The position numbers were made by a program, and so were the translations under genes. Of a stretch of DNA of 64,000 nucleotides, positions 54,401-64,000 are shown in pieces. Under the pieces are notes generated by a model that was given only the letters and a program-made list of their open reading frames with translations, ran no database searches and had not been told where the DNA came from. This DNA is from Glycera tridactyla (lineage: Eukaryota), in NCBI GenBank assembly GCA_965644265.1, contig OZ286470.1, forward strand, positions 10,416,001 through 10,480,000. Reading direction: 5' to 3'. The first letter of the stretch is position 1, and every line of letters starts with the position of its first letter.

Positions 54401-57400
54401 TAACTGTGGCCCAAATATAAGATGATCGTAGAAATTCTTTGGTAGGGTTTACAGGAGTATTATGCTGTGCTCTCAGATGCGAACAAATCTTTCTTCTCGT
54501 TTATGGTCGGAAATGGATTATTGCAAAATAGGCATGATCTTTCGAACATCTATGACATAGATCATCTCTGAGTATTTGTATATGACACATGTCATCTAGA
54601 CATTCTTCATGTGATACTAATTTGCTCATCTAAAAGTCAGACTACTTGACATACCTTTGAAGCAATGCATCATCAAGTTGACATATCAAATAGGAAAGAA
54701 AATATTTGATTGAACCATAAGTTGGGTGAATATGTAGGACAGGACGCCACATATATGGGCAACATGACATGACATATATTTGGCCATCTGCTGAAAGAAA
54801 AAGTGTTATAGGTATATACATATTTGGTGAACGCCTTTGACTGCAATTAAATCACATGTAACAACAGATGAACTGTGATCATAGGGTTGAAGCTGATCGA
54901 AATGGAGAACAAAACATTTCATTGAGAAATTGAAAATAATCATAGGATATAGACAGACTATGTGGTTGTGGAAGAAGCTTTGCTGATCGATAGTAGGGTT
55001 CTCGTTGGTGCTTCGTGGACTGCCTTTTGTTTTATCAGCATCCATGATACATCTGGCACCGCCCCTTGGCAAGTACAGTTGGTTGATTCCATGATATTCA
55101 ATTCGCAAAATCATGGTTTGATTGGAATGATCCAGTCTAACTTTCTGGACAAGGAATGTTCAGGAAAGTGATGGTTCAATCATATTAGCAACTGAAACAT
55201 CGCAGTACCCAAACTTGAATGAATGGGAGGACCAAGCCAAAGACCAGACCCAGAAGTATGATATGGATAGAGTACTAGTATAGTGGGTGAATATGTCGGT
55301 GAAAGCAAAGAAATAGCAAAGAATGGATATAAGAATGCAAAGATATATTGATTGATGGATCACTAGAGGAAGATACAGATAGGGAAATGAATAACAAGAT
55401 GATTAAATCAACAACTGAGGGAAGAAATGATTGGATACGTGAATGGAACAGTGAGGATGGTGGTGATGAAGGCGGAATTGGTATTGATATATTGTTATGG
55501 TGGTGGTGCTGGTGATGGCTGTGGTTGTTGTAGTGGAGGCAGACAAGTAGGGTCATCATTTTGAAGGTGATGTCAATGATGAAGAAGACCATGAGGACTT
55601 TGCCGATCTGAAGATGAAATACAATGTTGATTATGATGGCAATGATTATTCTACAACAAATTGAACCTTTTGGATATAATGGACATAATGAATACTATAC
55701 CTTTTTCATATCCACTCCGACACCAGATGATCGTCGTAGTCCACCCTTGGTCAGCTCGATCTGCGACATACGCCGGCGACGATCTCCCGAAGGGGCATCC
55801 TTGTCAACTAGAATACAACATTGAACATGACAGACTTAATATAGTCATTTTGTTTCGTTGGGCAGGTTACAATGTGGAGCTGGAACAAACAACATAAACT
55901 GTAAAGCTCTACACACTGTCACAAAATACCTTACCTTATGCCTCATTTACAACCACTTCAAGGCCATTTATTGTAGCATATCGATTGAGTTATTCCATTG
56001 GTCAGTCTGTGGAGTATATCTCTGAATAGTCTTCATGGCAATATGGGTCACATGTGATGGATGTGTCTTGAGTAGATGGTTCTGATAATCGTTATGATAG
56101 TCTACATGGAGGAGTAGATAGGTCGAAGACTGATTCATATGAAGTGAGTTTTGCAACAATTTTTAGAATGGTATTAAGGAGAATTTAATGATGGATTTAA
56201 TCATTCAGCGCAATATTTGAAAGGTTTGTGTGATGATACTTTATTGATAAAATTGCTCTAGTTATGTCCTCCAGGATCCTCATTCTTGTGATTTCATGCA
56301 CAGTGGATCAAATTCCGAAGATTCTTCAGAAAGGTATTTCTAATTACTGAATATGGAGGAATATATATAACAAGCAAGTGAATCGGGGAATGCTGGATCC
56401 ATATCCCTGGACATGAGACTGGAAAACAGGACCAAAAGTCATAACTATTTCATGCTATTGATATCTACTGAATTTGGTCCCTTAACAAAGGTGCAGAACC
56501 GAGGTATATCAACGTCAAAGTATTTGATATATCGAGAACGTGTCACCTATAGAACCGGGAAGGTCTACTGACAATGACGCACACATGTAATACATGATCT
56601 ATTTGGTACCATACTAGGAAGCATCATGCTCTGTTACCTACTATCATGCTTTCGGGAACCATATTAAATTTGAGGTTTTGTAACTTCATGCCAATTGCAG
56701 CATCGAATTTCGATCAAACGTATATAAGATGAATATTTTTTTCAAGACAAGTCTCATAAACTGAATAGAAAGGTGTTTCATTTGATATCACCATTAGATA
56801 TTTCCAGCAATGCCAGCAATGCCACGAAAGTTACATTCATCACCTGCTCATATGTTTCCTGATTAAAAACATGACACAATATTTGAAAGAGTTCAAACAA
56901 GTATAACAATTACAGAGGCGACACAAATGCTCTATATCTTCCTAATGGATGCAATCAGTGAGAGAAACTTCATAATATTTACAAGATGTGATGATGACGC
57001 ATAGAGTGTCATCCAACGTAAACTCATCTCTCATAGGGGTGCTGAACCAATATTCTCATCACTGATCACATATGCTGAGTTTACATGCTACATATCTTGA
57101 ATCTAGTTACATAGAAAGCATAATTTTAGCAGCTATCGTGTATCGCATGAACATAAATACTGATATACTCCTGCAATAAAGACTGAAAAAAGCAAGAAAT
57201 AAAATTCAACCTGTTTTGAACTGACATATTTCATCTCTTGAAGTGCAACGAATAAAGAGTCATGTATGGAAACTGGTGGGCGAGGCACATTTTCCTGAAG
57301 AGAATATCTTGATCTGTTTCAATGAATACAAATGACTGAGTTAGGTTTGATTGCACACTCAATGAAGGGCGAGATTTAAGCCATATATGTGTGTATATAT

Positions 57401-58814
57401 ATAAACTGCTGACATAATCCGAATAAATTGGGATTCACAAAGTATCTTTTTGTGGGTTTATATGAATATGGTAATGTGCGATGACCACCAATCTCTTTCA
57501 AGCAAAGACTTCAAGCATGATATTCATGAAGTAGCAATGGCCATATTCGGAAGCGACACTAATGATGCAAACTTTATATCCCATGCCTGACTCAGAGACC
57601 TATTTTGACTGAATATACACTGGGGGTCACTGCTAGGGTCTGCCTGCAGCTTGTGTGTTAACTGGATTTCTTTTGAATAATTGCTGGATTCCTGAAATTT
57701 CATGACTACAAATGCGCAGATAGTCAACCAGCAAATGTTTCTGCACCAATTCTAAACACAAAACTAATGGGGATTTGAAAGCAAAGGGAGTCATTGCTCC
57801 GATATCAGAGGATTTCACCAGTAAATTTGCCAATTTAATGTCAATAAATATATTGAGACTGTTAAGTTCTATGTAATGAAGGTATAACTTACCAATACTT
57901 CTCAAATTAATGGTTTTGGAAAATTGAAATAATTTGCTGGATTGAACCTTGATCTCATGACTGAAGCATCCCTAATTTCTATTCATGGACTGATCATTTA
58001 GGGGGAAATATGGACTATATTGTTCGAGTCAACAGAGCTCTGAACTATATCATAAGACATGCACTCAGTGGATACGCCAGAATTCTACTGCATTTTGCAG
58101 GGAATGGAGCTTTTGCACATGTTTCATTCAGGAAATTGTCTAGTTTCTGTGGGTGCTATACTCATGGGCACGGAAGATCATTGATCTACATGCGTGTGGC
58201 AAAGATCATGGGATGCAATGGTGGTGAATTTGTAAAGGATGGAAGAAAACGAATCCACTGGGTGCAACTCTGCAAATTTTTGGCAGAGGAATGCAGAACA
58301 AAGGACAATCTACCTCCAGCTATTGAACATACTGAGTGGTGAGATGCATTGACCAGGGTACACAGACCTGTGATGGCTACAAGTAAATCATCCTGGTTGG
58401 GACATCATATGCAATACACTGACCATCATGCCTACTGACCTCTGGCCGACCTTTAAACAACTTACCATCCGGTCCTGGCAGACAATACAACATTTAAGAA
58501 TACCAGCAATATTATGACAGATTGCTTCCAAAAGACTGTGGTGTAGTGCAATGACTGAAATGACTGGTGGCACCTGGTGATAGTCTGGTTGCTGTTGTTG
58601 TACTGGTTGCAGTCTATATTGGTGGTTGTGGTGGTAATAAAGATGATGATGACGACGATGAGGACAAAGCAACGACGACGACGCCGATGATGAGGATGAA
58701 AACGGCGGTGGGGCCACGACGATGACAATGATAAGGATGATGTTAATGTTGTTGTTGTTGTTGTTGTTGTCGTTGTTGTCGCTGTTGTCGTTGTTGATGA
58801 TGATGATGATGAAC

Positions 58815-58890
<76 letters not shown>

Positions 58891-61800
58891 GTGATGATCA
58901 TGTACTGTGATTGATTGTGGTGATGATGATGGATGATACTGTCATTGTGTTGGTGGTGGTCGTGGTGTTGTTGGTGATGGTGATTAGACAAAAAGCATTA
59001 TGATTCGACGTCACATCTCTGTTTTTATATAAGCAACATATTTTTGAGACAATCACAAAAGACGCCAATGTATACTTCATTCTCCTCGATGATGTTCACA
59101 CATTTTCATTATCTAGCAGAGCACTGTATTTGCAAGATGGTTCGAGTCATCAACTTTCAATCTCCTATTTCACAGAATTGTAATGATAATACTAAACTTT
59201 AGTGATTCACAAATTTCGACCAGCGCAGAGGTACGAACATGGACAGTTCACTATGATGTTTGGCAGGACATAGTGGAAGCAATCTCTGTCGAGTACCTAT
59301 GTTTTGGTGAAACTGGCAAATATATCAGTAGGAATGGTTCATGGTTCATTCTCTGCCTGGCAGAAATGGATTCATCTCAGATGAAATGATATCACTATAA
59401 AATACAACATGCATTTCATTTCCATATGGTAGTTCACTCAATCCATATTTGCAATTTGCAGATCTCTTTACATAATGAATATAATGTAACGCAGCAGAAT
59501 GAGGTATCACTATATACTAACACTATTTGAGAAAGTTAGCACCGTTTATGACTTAAGTTTCCTCCATGATCCCCATTTAGAATTTAAGAGACAAGTACAT
59601 ATTTCGAATTTTTATCAAAGTGAATGAAACACTCCACAGCAGAAATGTGAAGGATCGATTAACTATGTTTCAAAATTGCCAGAGAATATAACTGAATGAA
59701 AAGCAGTGTACAAAAGGGGGTGGTGTCAGGGAATAAACTTAAGTCAAAACATATGGCACCTCAATCAGGTATTGTTAGAAGTATGTCCATCTTGGACTAC
59801 AGTACATTGATTCTTGGAGACAGAAACTAGACTATGACATAGTCATCCACTAATAACATGTCTGACACTTATCAACAATTTCCAAGAGAAATTGGGGAAA
59901 GTGACTGAATATCATTGAGAAACTCTGGTAGCAAGTCTGCTATGCAAATGATCGAAGAGATAAAATGAATCACATTCAAAGAGATAGTGGGATCAAGAAT
60001 GGATGCCATCCGATTTGGTGTAATGGAGACATGATTGCGAGGGTTTCATCCCCCAAAACGTTTCAATAGTTATGAATGAGAGATCAAAGGAGTCAGCAAT
60101 TGATGTATGCTTGATATCGATTATTCACAATATTCATCAAGTGAAATGGGATAGTATCAGTACAAATAATGAAACACTTGACCAAATATATCATGCTGCT
60201 TTATGACTAAAGTAAGCTGTGGATAAATTGACTTGCGTATGATAATGTGAATGAGAATCATCATATTATCACGTTTCTTAGAGTGAACAAGGTGTATGGG
60301 AATGATGGCATCAGAATTGCTTGTAATATCTTGAAACAGGTCCATGACACTTACTATATGCAGGGTTATGATACAAATGCTAGGTCATGACAATAAAGAC
60401 AAATGGCATTCACCAAATAACAGAATGCTCTCTTGTTATGGGTGGTGAGATACATGATGGTTATCAACAGATACGGCTCGACAGGTATCCGAATTTCTGC
60501 TCTGCCAGTGAGAGCACAAAATAGGTATAAAATGAACATGAGCAAGTAATACAATGATGAAGAAAGGAGAAATGCAGATGGGATGAACAGAAAAATGATC
60601 AAGATGAAAGAAATCTTTCTCTCTTTTTGAAATGATGAAAAAGAAGAAAGTACAGGTAGTACAAGGCTGAAAGATATACCACAGTGGGAACAGCCTTAAT
60701 GGAACAAGAACACCAGGGAATCACAAGAATAATTTCAGTGGAGATGTACTTTTCCTGCAAATGTACATATACAGCAACTTTCGAATGAATTTGCCATTTG
60801 TGCTTTTGCAGAAAACTCTTCATATCCACTTCAACTGTCTTGTAATATACAGAGGAATTTCAAATCTAGATGGATGTACCAGGGATAAATATTCAATATA
60901 TCCAACACAGAGGCTCCACTGTGAGGATATACTGTATTGCAAATTGTGGGCCACTCACGATGTTTAAGATCCTTGTCAGAACTCTCGGCTGTCTTTTTCT
61001 TCTTTTTATCTCTGAAAGAATCATATGATACTAAGAGATTTAATATTTGTCTACCCAATACTACTTACGGGGTTTGAGATTCCAATCAGGGTCTTCATCC
61101 ACACCTTTACGCTTCTTCTTATCCCTATAATGTGTCAAACAAAGATGTGTCTCCATTATTTCCAAACCCTTCACAACCCATGTAATGATGTGAATTACTT
61201 GGATTGTAGAGCATTATAAGTTTGGCATGAGATACGATGAAATGAAGTACTGCATTCACATTCCATGAAAAAACATAGGAATCCACTACATTTGCAGAAT
61301 ACCTGAATCCTATAATTTTCAATCGACGGTAGCAATACCTAAATAAGTGATGGATGATAAGCATGTGATAACGGAATGCTGTGTCGGTTCTGTCAGTATA
61401 TATTTCGCTGAATGAAATGTGAATTTGATACTATACTGTTTGAAATATTACCACACCATTGATACCCGTCACGTTTTTCGAATCATCAATAAATTATGCC
61501 TTCATTAAAAGTGGATTTCCATTTGCTTACCTTGAATGTGAAACATCCTCCAAGGATTCCTCAATCGAATACTATCTCTGATAATCTTCAGGATGCATAA
61601 TGAAGAATTGCAATATATACAGCAAAGGATCACACATGATGCTTAATTTGGATCTGAATCCTCCATAATCATTGATTGCAGAAGAGAAAACTGTAAACCA
61701 AGAAATCCTGGCTCCCAAACATACCACTGTTCCATGGGAGAATGCATCTCATGGTTTCACACAATAACTTAATCACAAACATCATTAACATTATTTTCAT

Positions 61801-62600
61801 CATGTGATATGCATCTCAACGTCAGAGAGAAATGAGTTCCCCAGGTCTGTCTTTCTTAGTTCGTACACTGAACATTCTCAATATCAATGATTAACTTACT
61901 TGTGTTTGAGAAGATTTCTGAAGTCCATACCCGAGGACTTAGGATCTAGAATGATAATGAAAAAAGAATCGTTGAAATAGTAATGCAACTGATCATTTAG
62001 CCCAAATGACATACGCTTAAAGTTCATAGTAATGCACCTATCTGATACAATCGGAATGGCAATCTCACTTTGTGTGAGCAGCACTTGATAGGGCTTGGTA
62101 ATCTAGTGACAAATGATACCTGCAGTTAAAGCAAGCAGAAATCTTGAGATTCGCACTCGTGCCATGCATCACTGAACATTGAATACTTGAAGAGACTGCT
62201 CCTCGATTTACATCTCAAATGAAGTGGGTGACGCTGATGATTCAGTGATTGACCAGAGCTAATTATTGTACCAATAATTAACAAATTGTGTTAGAGCTGA
62301 TAAAACTAAATTTGAAAATAAGTATAACTAAAATTGATACTGCATTGGATTCTTACTCACCTTTTACAAAGACAGAGAATCCGGCAAAGTCAAGGAGTTT
62401 TTCATCCTTGTCATACAACTTGATGACATATTTAGCCTCATCATTGTCTTTGCACTTCTTGATTTGCATGGTTGCCCGCTTCGTCTTCTTGTCGTAGTTG
62501 AAGGTCATGCGTGGGTCAGTACCAAGCTCGCGGTCGCCTTTGTAAAATTTGACCTTGGCTGGTGCCGACTTGAGCTCAACCTCCAAGTCCATTGTGGCAC
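7933..62600 (-). CDS. unc-22: Twitchin (UNC-22/projectin family giant sarcomeric protein), internal multi-exon segment; both ends lie outside the window
   Basis: 20 phase-compatible exons give Ig - PKA-site linker - Ig x5 - Fn3 x2 - Ig (partial). RRKSLADIIPDFP resembles the Mytilus twitchin D1 site as I recall it (RRPSLVDVIPDWP). Five Ig then Fn3-Fn3-Ig after D1 fits the recalled Mytilus order (Ig8-11, then Ig-Fn-Fn repeats). The kinase domain is not in the window. Confidence 0.88.
8967..8999. repeat. (TCAA)n microsatellite
   Basis: Seen directly. Confidence 0.95.
9017..9167 (-). CDS. unc-22: Twitchin exon, second Fn3 C-half (151 nt, phase 0-1)
   Basis: gtgtag|GTGGGG...AGAT|gtaagt; VGMVAGDEYSAMVPELEEGKEYEFRVVPVNEAGYGDASDPS...KCRR. 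This frame is not in the ORF track. Confidence 0.92.
11042..11190 (-). CDS. unc-22: Twitchin exon, second Fn3 N-half (149 nt, phase 1-0)
   Basis: ctacag|ATCCT...CAAAAG|gtaagg; DPPGKPGTPEIVDYDKD...WTAPTNDGGSPITKYVVEKK...WQK. Confidence 0.93.
11514..11694 (-). CDS. unc-22: Twitchin exon, Fn3 C-half (181 nt, phase 0-1)
   Basis: ccacag|GTCCAG...TGGG|gtaagc; VQDVKSGNWE...GLTPGKKYNFRVKAVNALGESDP...AKDPW. Confidence 0.93.
12023..12144 (-). CDS. unc-22: Twitchin exon, Fn3 N-half (122 nt, phase 1-0)
   Basis: ggcag|ATCGT...GTCGAG|gtaagc; DRPSKPCAPL...LTWNPPKDDGGSPITHYLVE. Confidence 0.93.
12766..12972 (-). CDS. unc-22: Twitchin exon, Ig C-part (207 nt, phase 1-1)
   Basis: tgacag|GCTCG...CTCG|gtgagt; SPMPESRWKKDG...DGGDYELELENNVGKETVPIKLIVL. 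Confidence 0.92.
20076..20168 (-). CDS. unc-22: Twitchin exon, Ig N-part (93 nt, phase 1-1)
   Basis: tcacag|CTGAG...ACAG|gtaaat; AERPPKVDFDKVPREITVRAGKPVDIEVPYTG. Confidence 0.9.
20640..20770 (-). CDS. unc-22: Twitchin exon, Ig C-half (131 nt, phase 2-1)
   Basis: atgcag|ATTCAAA...GAAG|gtgagt; FKAEEGDDGLLSLTVGNLKLADEGEYTCKIGDRETKCTLKVDE. Confidence 0.92.
21091..21232 (-). CDS. unc-22: Twitchin exon, Ig N-half (142 nt, phase 1-2)
   Basis: ttccag|CGGAT...GGAAG|gtgagt; PDIIIKEQLKD...LSCKV...VKWFKDGKEITLEGR. Confidence 0.92.
21907..22054 (-). CDS. unc-22: Twitchin exon, Ig C-half (148 nt, phase 0-1)
   Basis: gttatag|CCAGTT...GCAC|gtgagt; PVDIYDVKYMVVAEGFKRRLEIVGVTNKDEGLYSCRVQDKSTTAKLYVA. This frame is not in the ORF track. 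Confidence 0.92.
25600..25941. repeat. 34-bp minisatellite, about 10 near-identical copies
   Basis: Unit GTGGTGTATGTGATGTTACACATACATTATGACA, period 34, no unique spacers. Confidence 0.95.
27115..27236 (-). CDS. unc-22: Twitchin exon, Ig N-half (122 nt, phase 1-0)
   Basis: tttcag|AGCCC...GAGAAG|gtatgt; EPEYDFTKGIRD...VKWFKEEK. Confidence 0.92.
27720..27935. repeat. Compound (TTTA)n/(AT)n/(GT,GTGC)n low-complexity tract
   Basis: Seen directly. Confidence 0.9.
29215..29292. repeat. (GA)n purine tract
   Basis: Seen directly. Confidence 0.9.
30410..30485. repeat. (GT)n/(GTGC)n microsatellite
   Basis: Seen directly. Confidence 0.9.
30730..30771. promoter_or_regulatory. Pair of perfect CRE palindromes (TGACGTCA) in a 12-bp inverted repeat
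   Basis: TGACGTCA at 30732-30739 and 30762-30769; TATGACGTCAAC (30730-41) is the reverse complement of GTTGACGTCATA (30760-71). Function is not shown. Confidence 0.4.
31072..31210 (-). CDS. unc-22: Twitchin exon, Ig C-half (139 nt, phase 0-1)
   Basis: ttgcag|TACACA...GAAG|gtaagc; YTPGKFEISRRENRCILKIKNAAPDDDADYTCEVEGDSTSTHLTVE. Confidence 0.92.
31980..34025 (+). CDS. Nested antisense single-exon ORF, 681 aa, with about five divergent ubiquitin-like (beta-grasp) domains
   Basis: Uninterrupted 2046-nt ORF with strong Kozak context (caccATGG) and an in-frame upstream TGA. Ubl-like segments lie at aa ~120-191 (STVRELKHRIRVKKGFPVLQQEL), ~196-279 (FLIYVKTFWG), ~291-368 (TGIPVDKIHL), ~382-452 (NIHSSTRLHLML) and ~455-521. 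The first and fourth are clearest. There is no C-terminal GG. Confidence 0.85.
   Translation: MEYIRRLRHHSAPSTCSDTSQTPAPSGGQGRGRSSKLDLSQWKKEHVLLWMYPMADRVLLISGTRNHLMDIIDYIIMDHYKIEKYQLSFLAPGSFSPLAVSDLGSDSWYGVFVCLPTQSLTLNIKAGDMGSFPVAVSLMSTVRELKHRIRVKKGFPVLQQELFSRTQIMTNETLIIDLELNQQSEIVLQIQPAPPFLIYVKTFWGCGYSLLVNACMTTEQLRLAVMRKTMSDGDTLLQHLCKEVAYHNLISVLTNGVIMEDSDCINLYSVSKGNQLELVSTAEQRGECDHTITLRQEGHCSKVEQCHRYSINPISIKVAKYDTWFIVALKLHCLTGIPVDKIHLYLQHDPIDMARSVGTLIKTKLALVTFTMEEEGSLDGRITANVALLYGLTEKVVCNINDTAQHVMHKLRKNTGIDTKHHHLLHRNVRLLPTSRLKENNIHSSTRLHLMLVDFPIHVSHGKKCVVIQTNMSEKVTDLRDRIRVAIPCLPKRCRFILGGENVNLDGCHLVAETRIFIDCQLHALSTTLACPVLHLVVGKETMPIPTKLHMDPLHLSQLEKFVGKKNIAHMMLHCLHWFLRWRYPGTYKRKGRPIPLKDDKALQQAEKTSPVTYLAPFEGTSRASTERPPVASLSRQSSLPAILSAKTDRLHTELSDLRSDESQKEGKPSVRFALPSAMKQ
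34128..34283. mobile_element. 156-bp MITE with TA target-site duplication (Tc1/mariner-pogo-type TIRs)
   Basis: TA|CAGTCTAACCTGCTCTAAAGACC ... GGTCTTTATAGACAGGTTTGACTG|TA. Confidence 0.8.
34775..34914 (-). CDS. unc-22: Twitchin exon, Ig N-half (140 nt, phase 1-0)
   Basis: taacag|AGAAG...ATTGAG|gtgagt; EKKVQFFFTQKLL...LECMINDPDPQVKWFKNGEPIE. Confidence 0.92.
35654..35887. repeat. Foldback element: two adjacent imperfect hairpins
   Basis: Hairpin 1: TATATCCCCCTGAGGTTATTGA / TCAGTAACCTCAGGGGGGTATA (35654-35719). Hairpin 2 has arms of about 70 bp at 35725-35795 and 35821-35887. Confidence 0.7.
38625..39880. repeat. 32-33-bp minisatellite, roughly 35-40 copies, homogeneous core and decayed flanks
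   Basis: Core unit about CCTAAATGCACACAACCTGAG(A/T)CAGTCGTCAT, period 32 at 39134/39166. Confidence 0.92.
43692..43865. mobile_element. 174-bp MITE with TA target-site duplication and related TIR
   Basis: TA|CAGTGAAACCTCTATT ... AATACAGGTTTGACTG|TA. Confidence 0.8.
45331..45645. other. Assembly gap (largest of five: 6745-6884, 7707-7848, 31409-31679, 35104-35252, 45331-45645)
   Basis: Runs of N, mostly next to simple repeats. Confidence 0.98.
47832..48099 (-). CDS. unc-22: Twitchin exon, complete Ig domain (268 nt, phase 0-1)
   Basis: ctacag|CCGCAG...ATAG|gtacgt; PQDHWIRELEDKEC...LSWSKN...DGGKYTCTC...WLTVI. Confidence 0.92.
54044..54247 (-). CDS. unc-22: Twitchin D1-site exon (204 nt, phase 0-0)
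   Basis: accaatag|GTCAAC...GCAAAG|gtatta; encodes VNCDDD...MRISRRSSFQGRRKSLADIIPDFPALKKRPKPKAK. Confidence 0.88.
55701..55807 (-). CDS. unc-22: Twitchin linker exon (107 nt, phase 1-0), DKDAPSGDRRRRMSQIELTKGGLRRSSGVGVDMKK
   Basis: tgttgtattctag|TTGAC...AAAAAG|gtatag; open frame with two R-R-x-S sites; phase links to the next exon. Confidence 0.8.
58466..58474 (-). CDS. unc-22: Twitchin 9-nt microexon (phase 1-1), giving ...LKH-RPD-V...
   Basis: ttgtattgtctgccag|GACCGGATG|gtaagt; near-consensus sites, frame-preserving and stop-free. Confidence 0.6.
58640..58985. repeat. (GTT)n/(GAT)n trinucleotide microsatellite block
   Basis: (GTT)n at about 58748-58795 and (GAT)n at about 58796-58889; source of the poly-D/I/H pseudo-ORFs. 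Confidence 0.95.
60959..61011 (-). CDS. unc-22: Twitchin small exon (53 nt, phase 2-1), KDKKKKKTAESSDKDLKH
   Basis: attctttcag|AGATAAA...AAACATC|gtgagt; restores the frame together with the 46-nt exon. Confidence 0.8.
61900..61945 (-). CDS. unc-22: Twitchin small exon (46 nt, phase 1-2), DPKSSGMDFRNLLKH
   Basis: Strong acceptor ttttcattatcattctag| and donor |gtaagt. Phases join the Ig exon to the 53-nt exon. Confidence 0.85.
62361..62600 (-). CDS. unc-22: Twitchin exon, Ig domain preceding the D1 linker (240 nt, phase 1-1)
   Basis: ttcacag|GTGCCACAATG...GTAAAAG|gtgagt; encodes ATMDLEVELKSAPAKVKFYKGDRELG...DEAKYVIKL...FSVFVK. Confidence 0.9.
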
Positions 62601-64000
62601 CTGTGAACAGGGTAAATTATGTGAACAAAAATGTCAACATGTGAACAATAGTTGATGGTATCGAGCATAAGAAGATCCAGCATAGTATCAAGCTCAACAC
62701 AATTTCAAATCATTGAGTGAAAGCAGAATTGGTTGTTATCCATTGTCGCTCAGATATATGAAAGATAAGATATCTATACTACAATCATTACGATATCATT
62801 TGTGCCGAAAATATTTTACGAGTTGAATCAACACTGACCCATAGACACATATTTACTGTGATGTAATAGACCAGGCTACTTCACCAGGGAAGACTACTTC
62901 CAAATATACTAATGAATATCATGACTGTTATAGTCTTCACATTGTGATAATAGATGGAACAGCACAGCATGAATACAAGTCAAACTATATCGCACATATA
63001 GGATGCAAACGAGGGACGAATAGCGGCTTGTGTTTGTGATGTACATACACGGGTAGCCCTGTATTGTACATCACAGAGGGGTAAGTTAGGTCAATGTTCC
63101 AGTAAAATACAGTCCTCCTATGTCAGTCAGGTTCTTTCTTCAAAGAAAGACTTCACTCACCATATTGCTAGACAATAAATATATAAGTAGGGTTTATGAG
63201 GAAGTAAAGTTAAACCAAATAACCCCAGAGTCATATATGAGTTAGAAAAACAACCACGAAGATAATAGGGGTCATTTAACAAGTACTACAGCATATGGCG
63301 AAACAATGCTCTAAATCCATGAAGTCGTGACAAATAGCATGATTCCCCAGTAATGAAATCACAGAGACATTCATTAAAAAAGAGCATTGTTTTGTTATGT
63401 ACTGTAGTAACGAGATCGAAACCCATGTACACATCAATGTCAAAAAATCACCATGATGACCATCATACCTTTCAAACCATCGGTGCCACAAATGTAGGCT
63501 AGGTATTAAAAGTGCATGAGCCATTATTCGTGATTTTATCTTCATATTATTCATAAGAGGGGGGCAGTATAATCATGTGGGTTATGTTCTAGACAGTGAA
63601 TTTGCAAGATACAAATTTCACAGAACCAGTGTAAGAGAGATGAGTAGTGGGAGATGGGCGAGAACGATCGTAAGATATGGTCAAAAACAAAATCAGTGAT
63701 CATGAAATTGTAAACACATCTCATGATGCACCCAGAAGCTGTCGGATATTTCGGAAAAAAGAACTTCATGTTATTGGACATACTGGTATATGCCATATAC
63801 ACCATTATTAGTGTCCAATATGGATGGTCTTCGGTATATGGTAGAAACATATGGGATACGCTGTGGTTAAACCATCTCGTCTTTAGAATCATATGAATTG
63901 ACCAGTGCTACTTTGATACCTGTTGCTGATTAGGAATATTCTAGTCCTACCAATTGGATTAGGTTTATGCAGATATGACAGTCCATCAACCCAGAATACC

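Noticed and set aside
58388-59080. Poly-His/Gln/Asp/Ile ORFs
   Set aside because: Translations of trinucleotide microsatellites.
61531-61590. Strong donor (AAG|gtaagc) in the D1 region
   Set aside because: No acceptor gives a phase-compatible, stop-free exon.
7933-62600. Calling the host gene myosin-binding protein C or titin
   Set aside because: Five Ig domains separate the phospho-linker from the first Fn3 (MyBP-C has four), and the D1-like motif is twitchin-type.
63920-63925. Possible 6-nt microexon (ttcctaatcag|CAACAG|gtatca)
   Set aside because: The donor is weak and the upstream context is out of the window.

Overview
Eukaryotic, AT-rich, repeat-rich genomic DNA with five N-gaps, probably from a lophotrochozoan such as a mollusc (inference from the twitchin D1-type motif). 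The backbone is an internal part of a minus-strand twitchin (UNC-22/projectin family) gene. I could join 20 exons between 62600 and 7933 in one frame, each with AG/GT boundaries and matching phases. They encode Ig, a basic linker with four R-R-x-S PKA consensus sites, five Ig, two Fn3 and the first half of another Ig. The linker is built from small exons (46, 53 and 107 nt) and a 9-nt microexon; further 7-nt and 3-nt microexons are candidates. The intron that splits one Ig domain (31211-34774) contains a complete antisense 681-aa ORF with about five divergent ubiquitin-like domains and no C-terminal Gly-Gly. Bases 1-~3800 hold the 5' part of an apparently intact DIRS-type tyrosine-recombinase retrotransposon, co-oriented with twitchin. 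Its Gag-like ORF of at least 754 codons runs off the window and is absent from the supplied ORF track. The rest is intron with two TA-flanked MITEs, a foldback element, two minisatellites and many microsatellites. No rRNA, tRNA or CRISPR array was found. All homology calls come from motif recognition; no database search was run.
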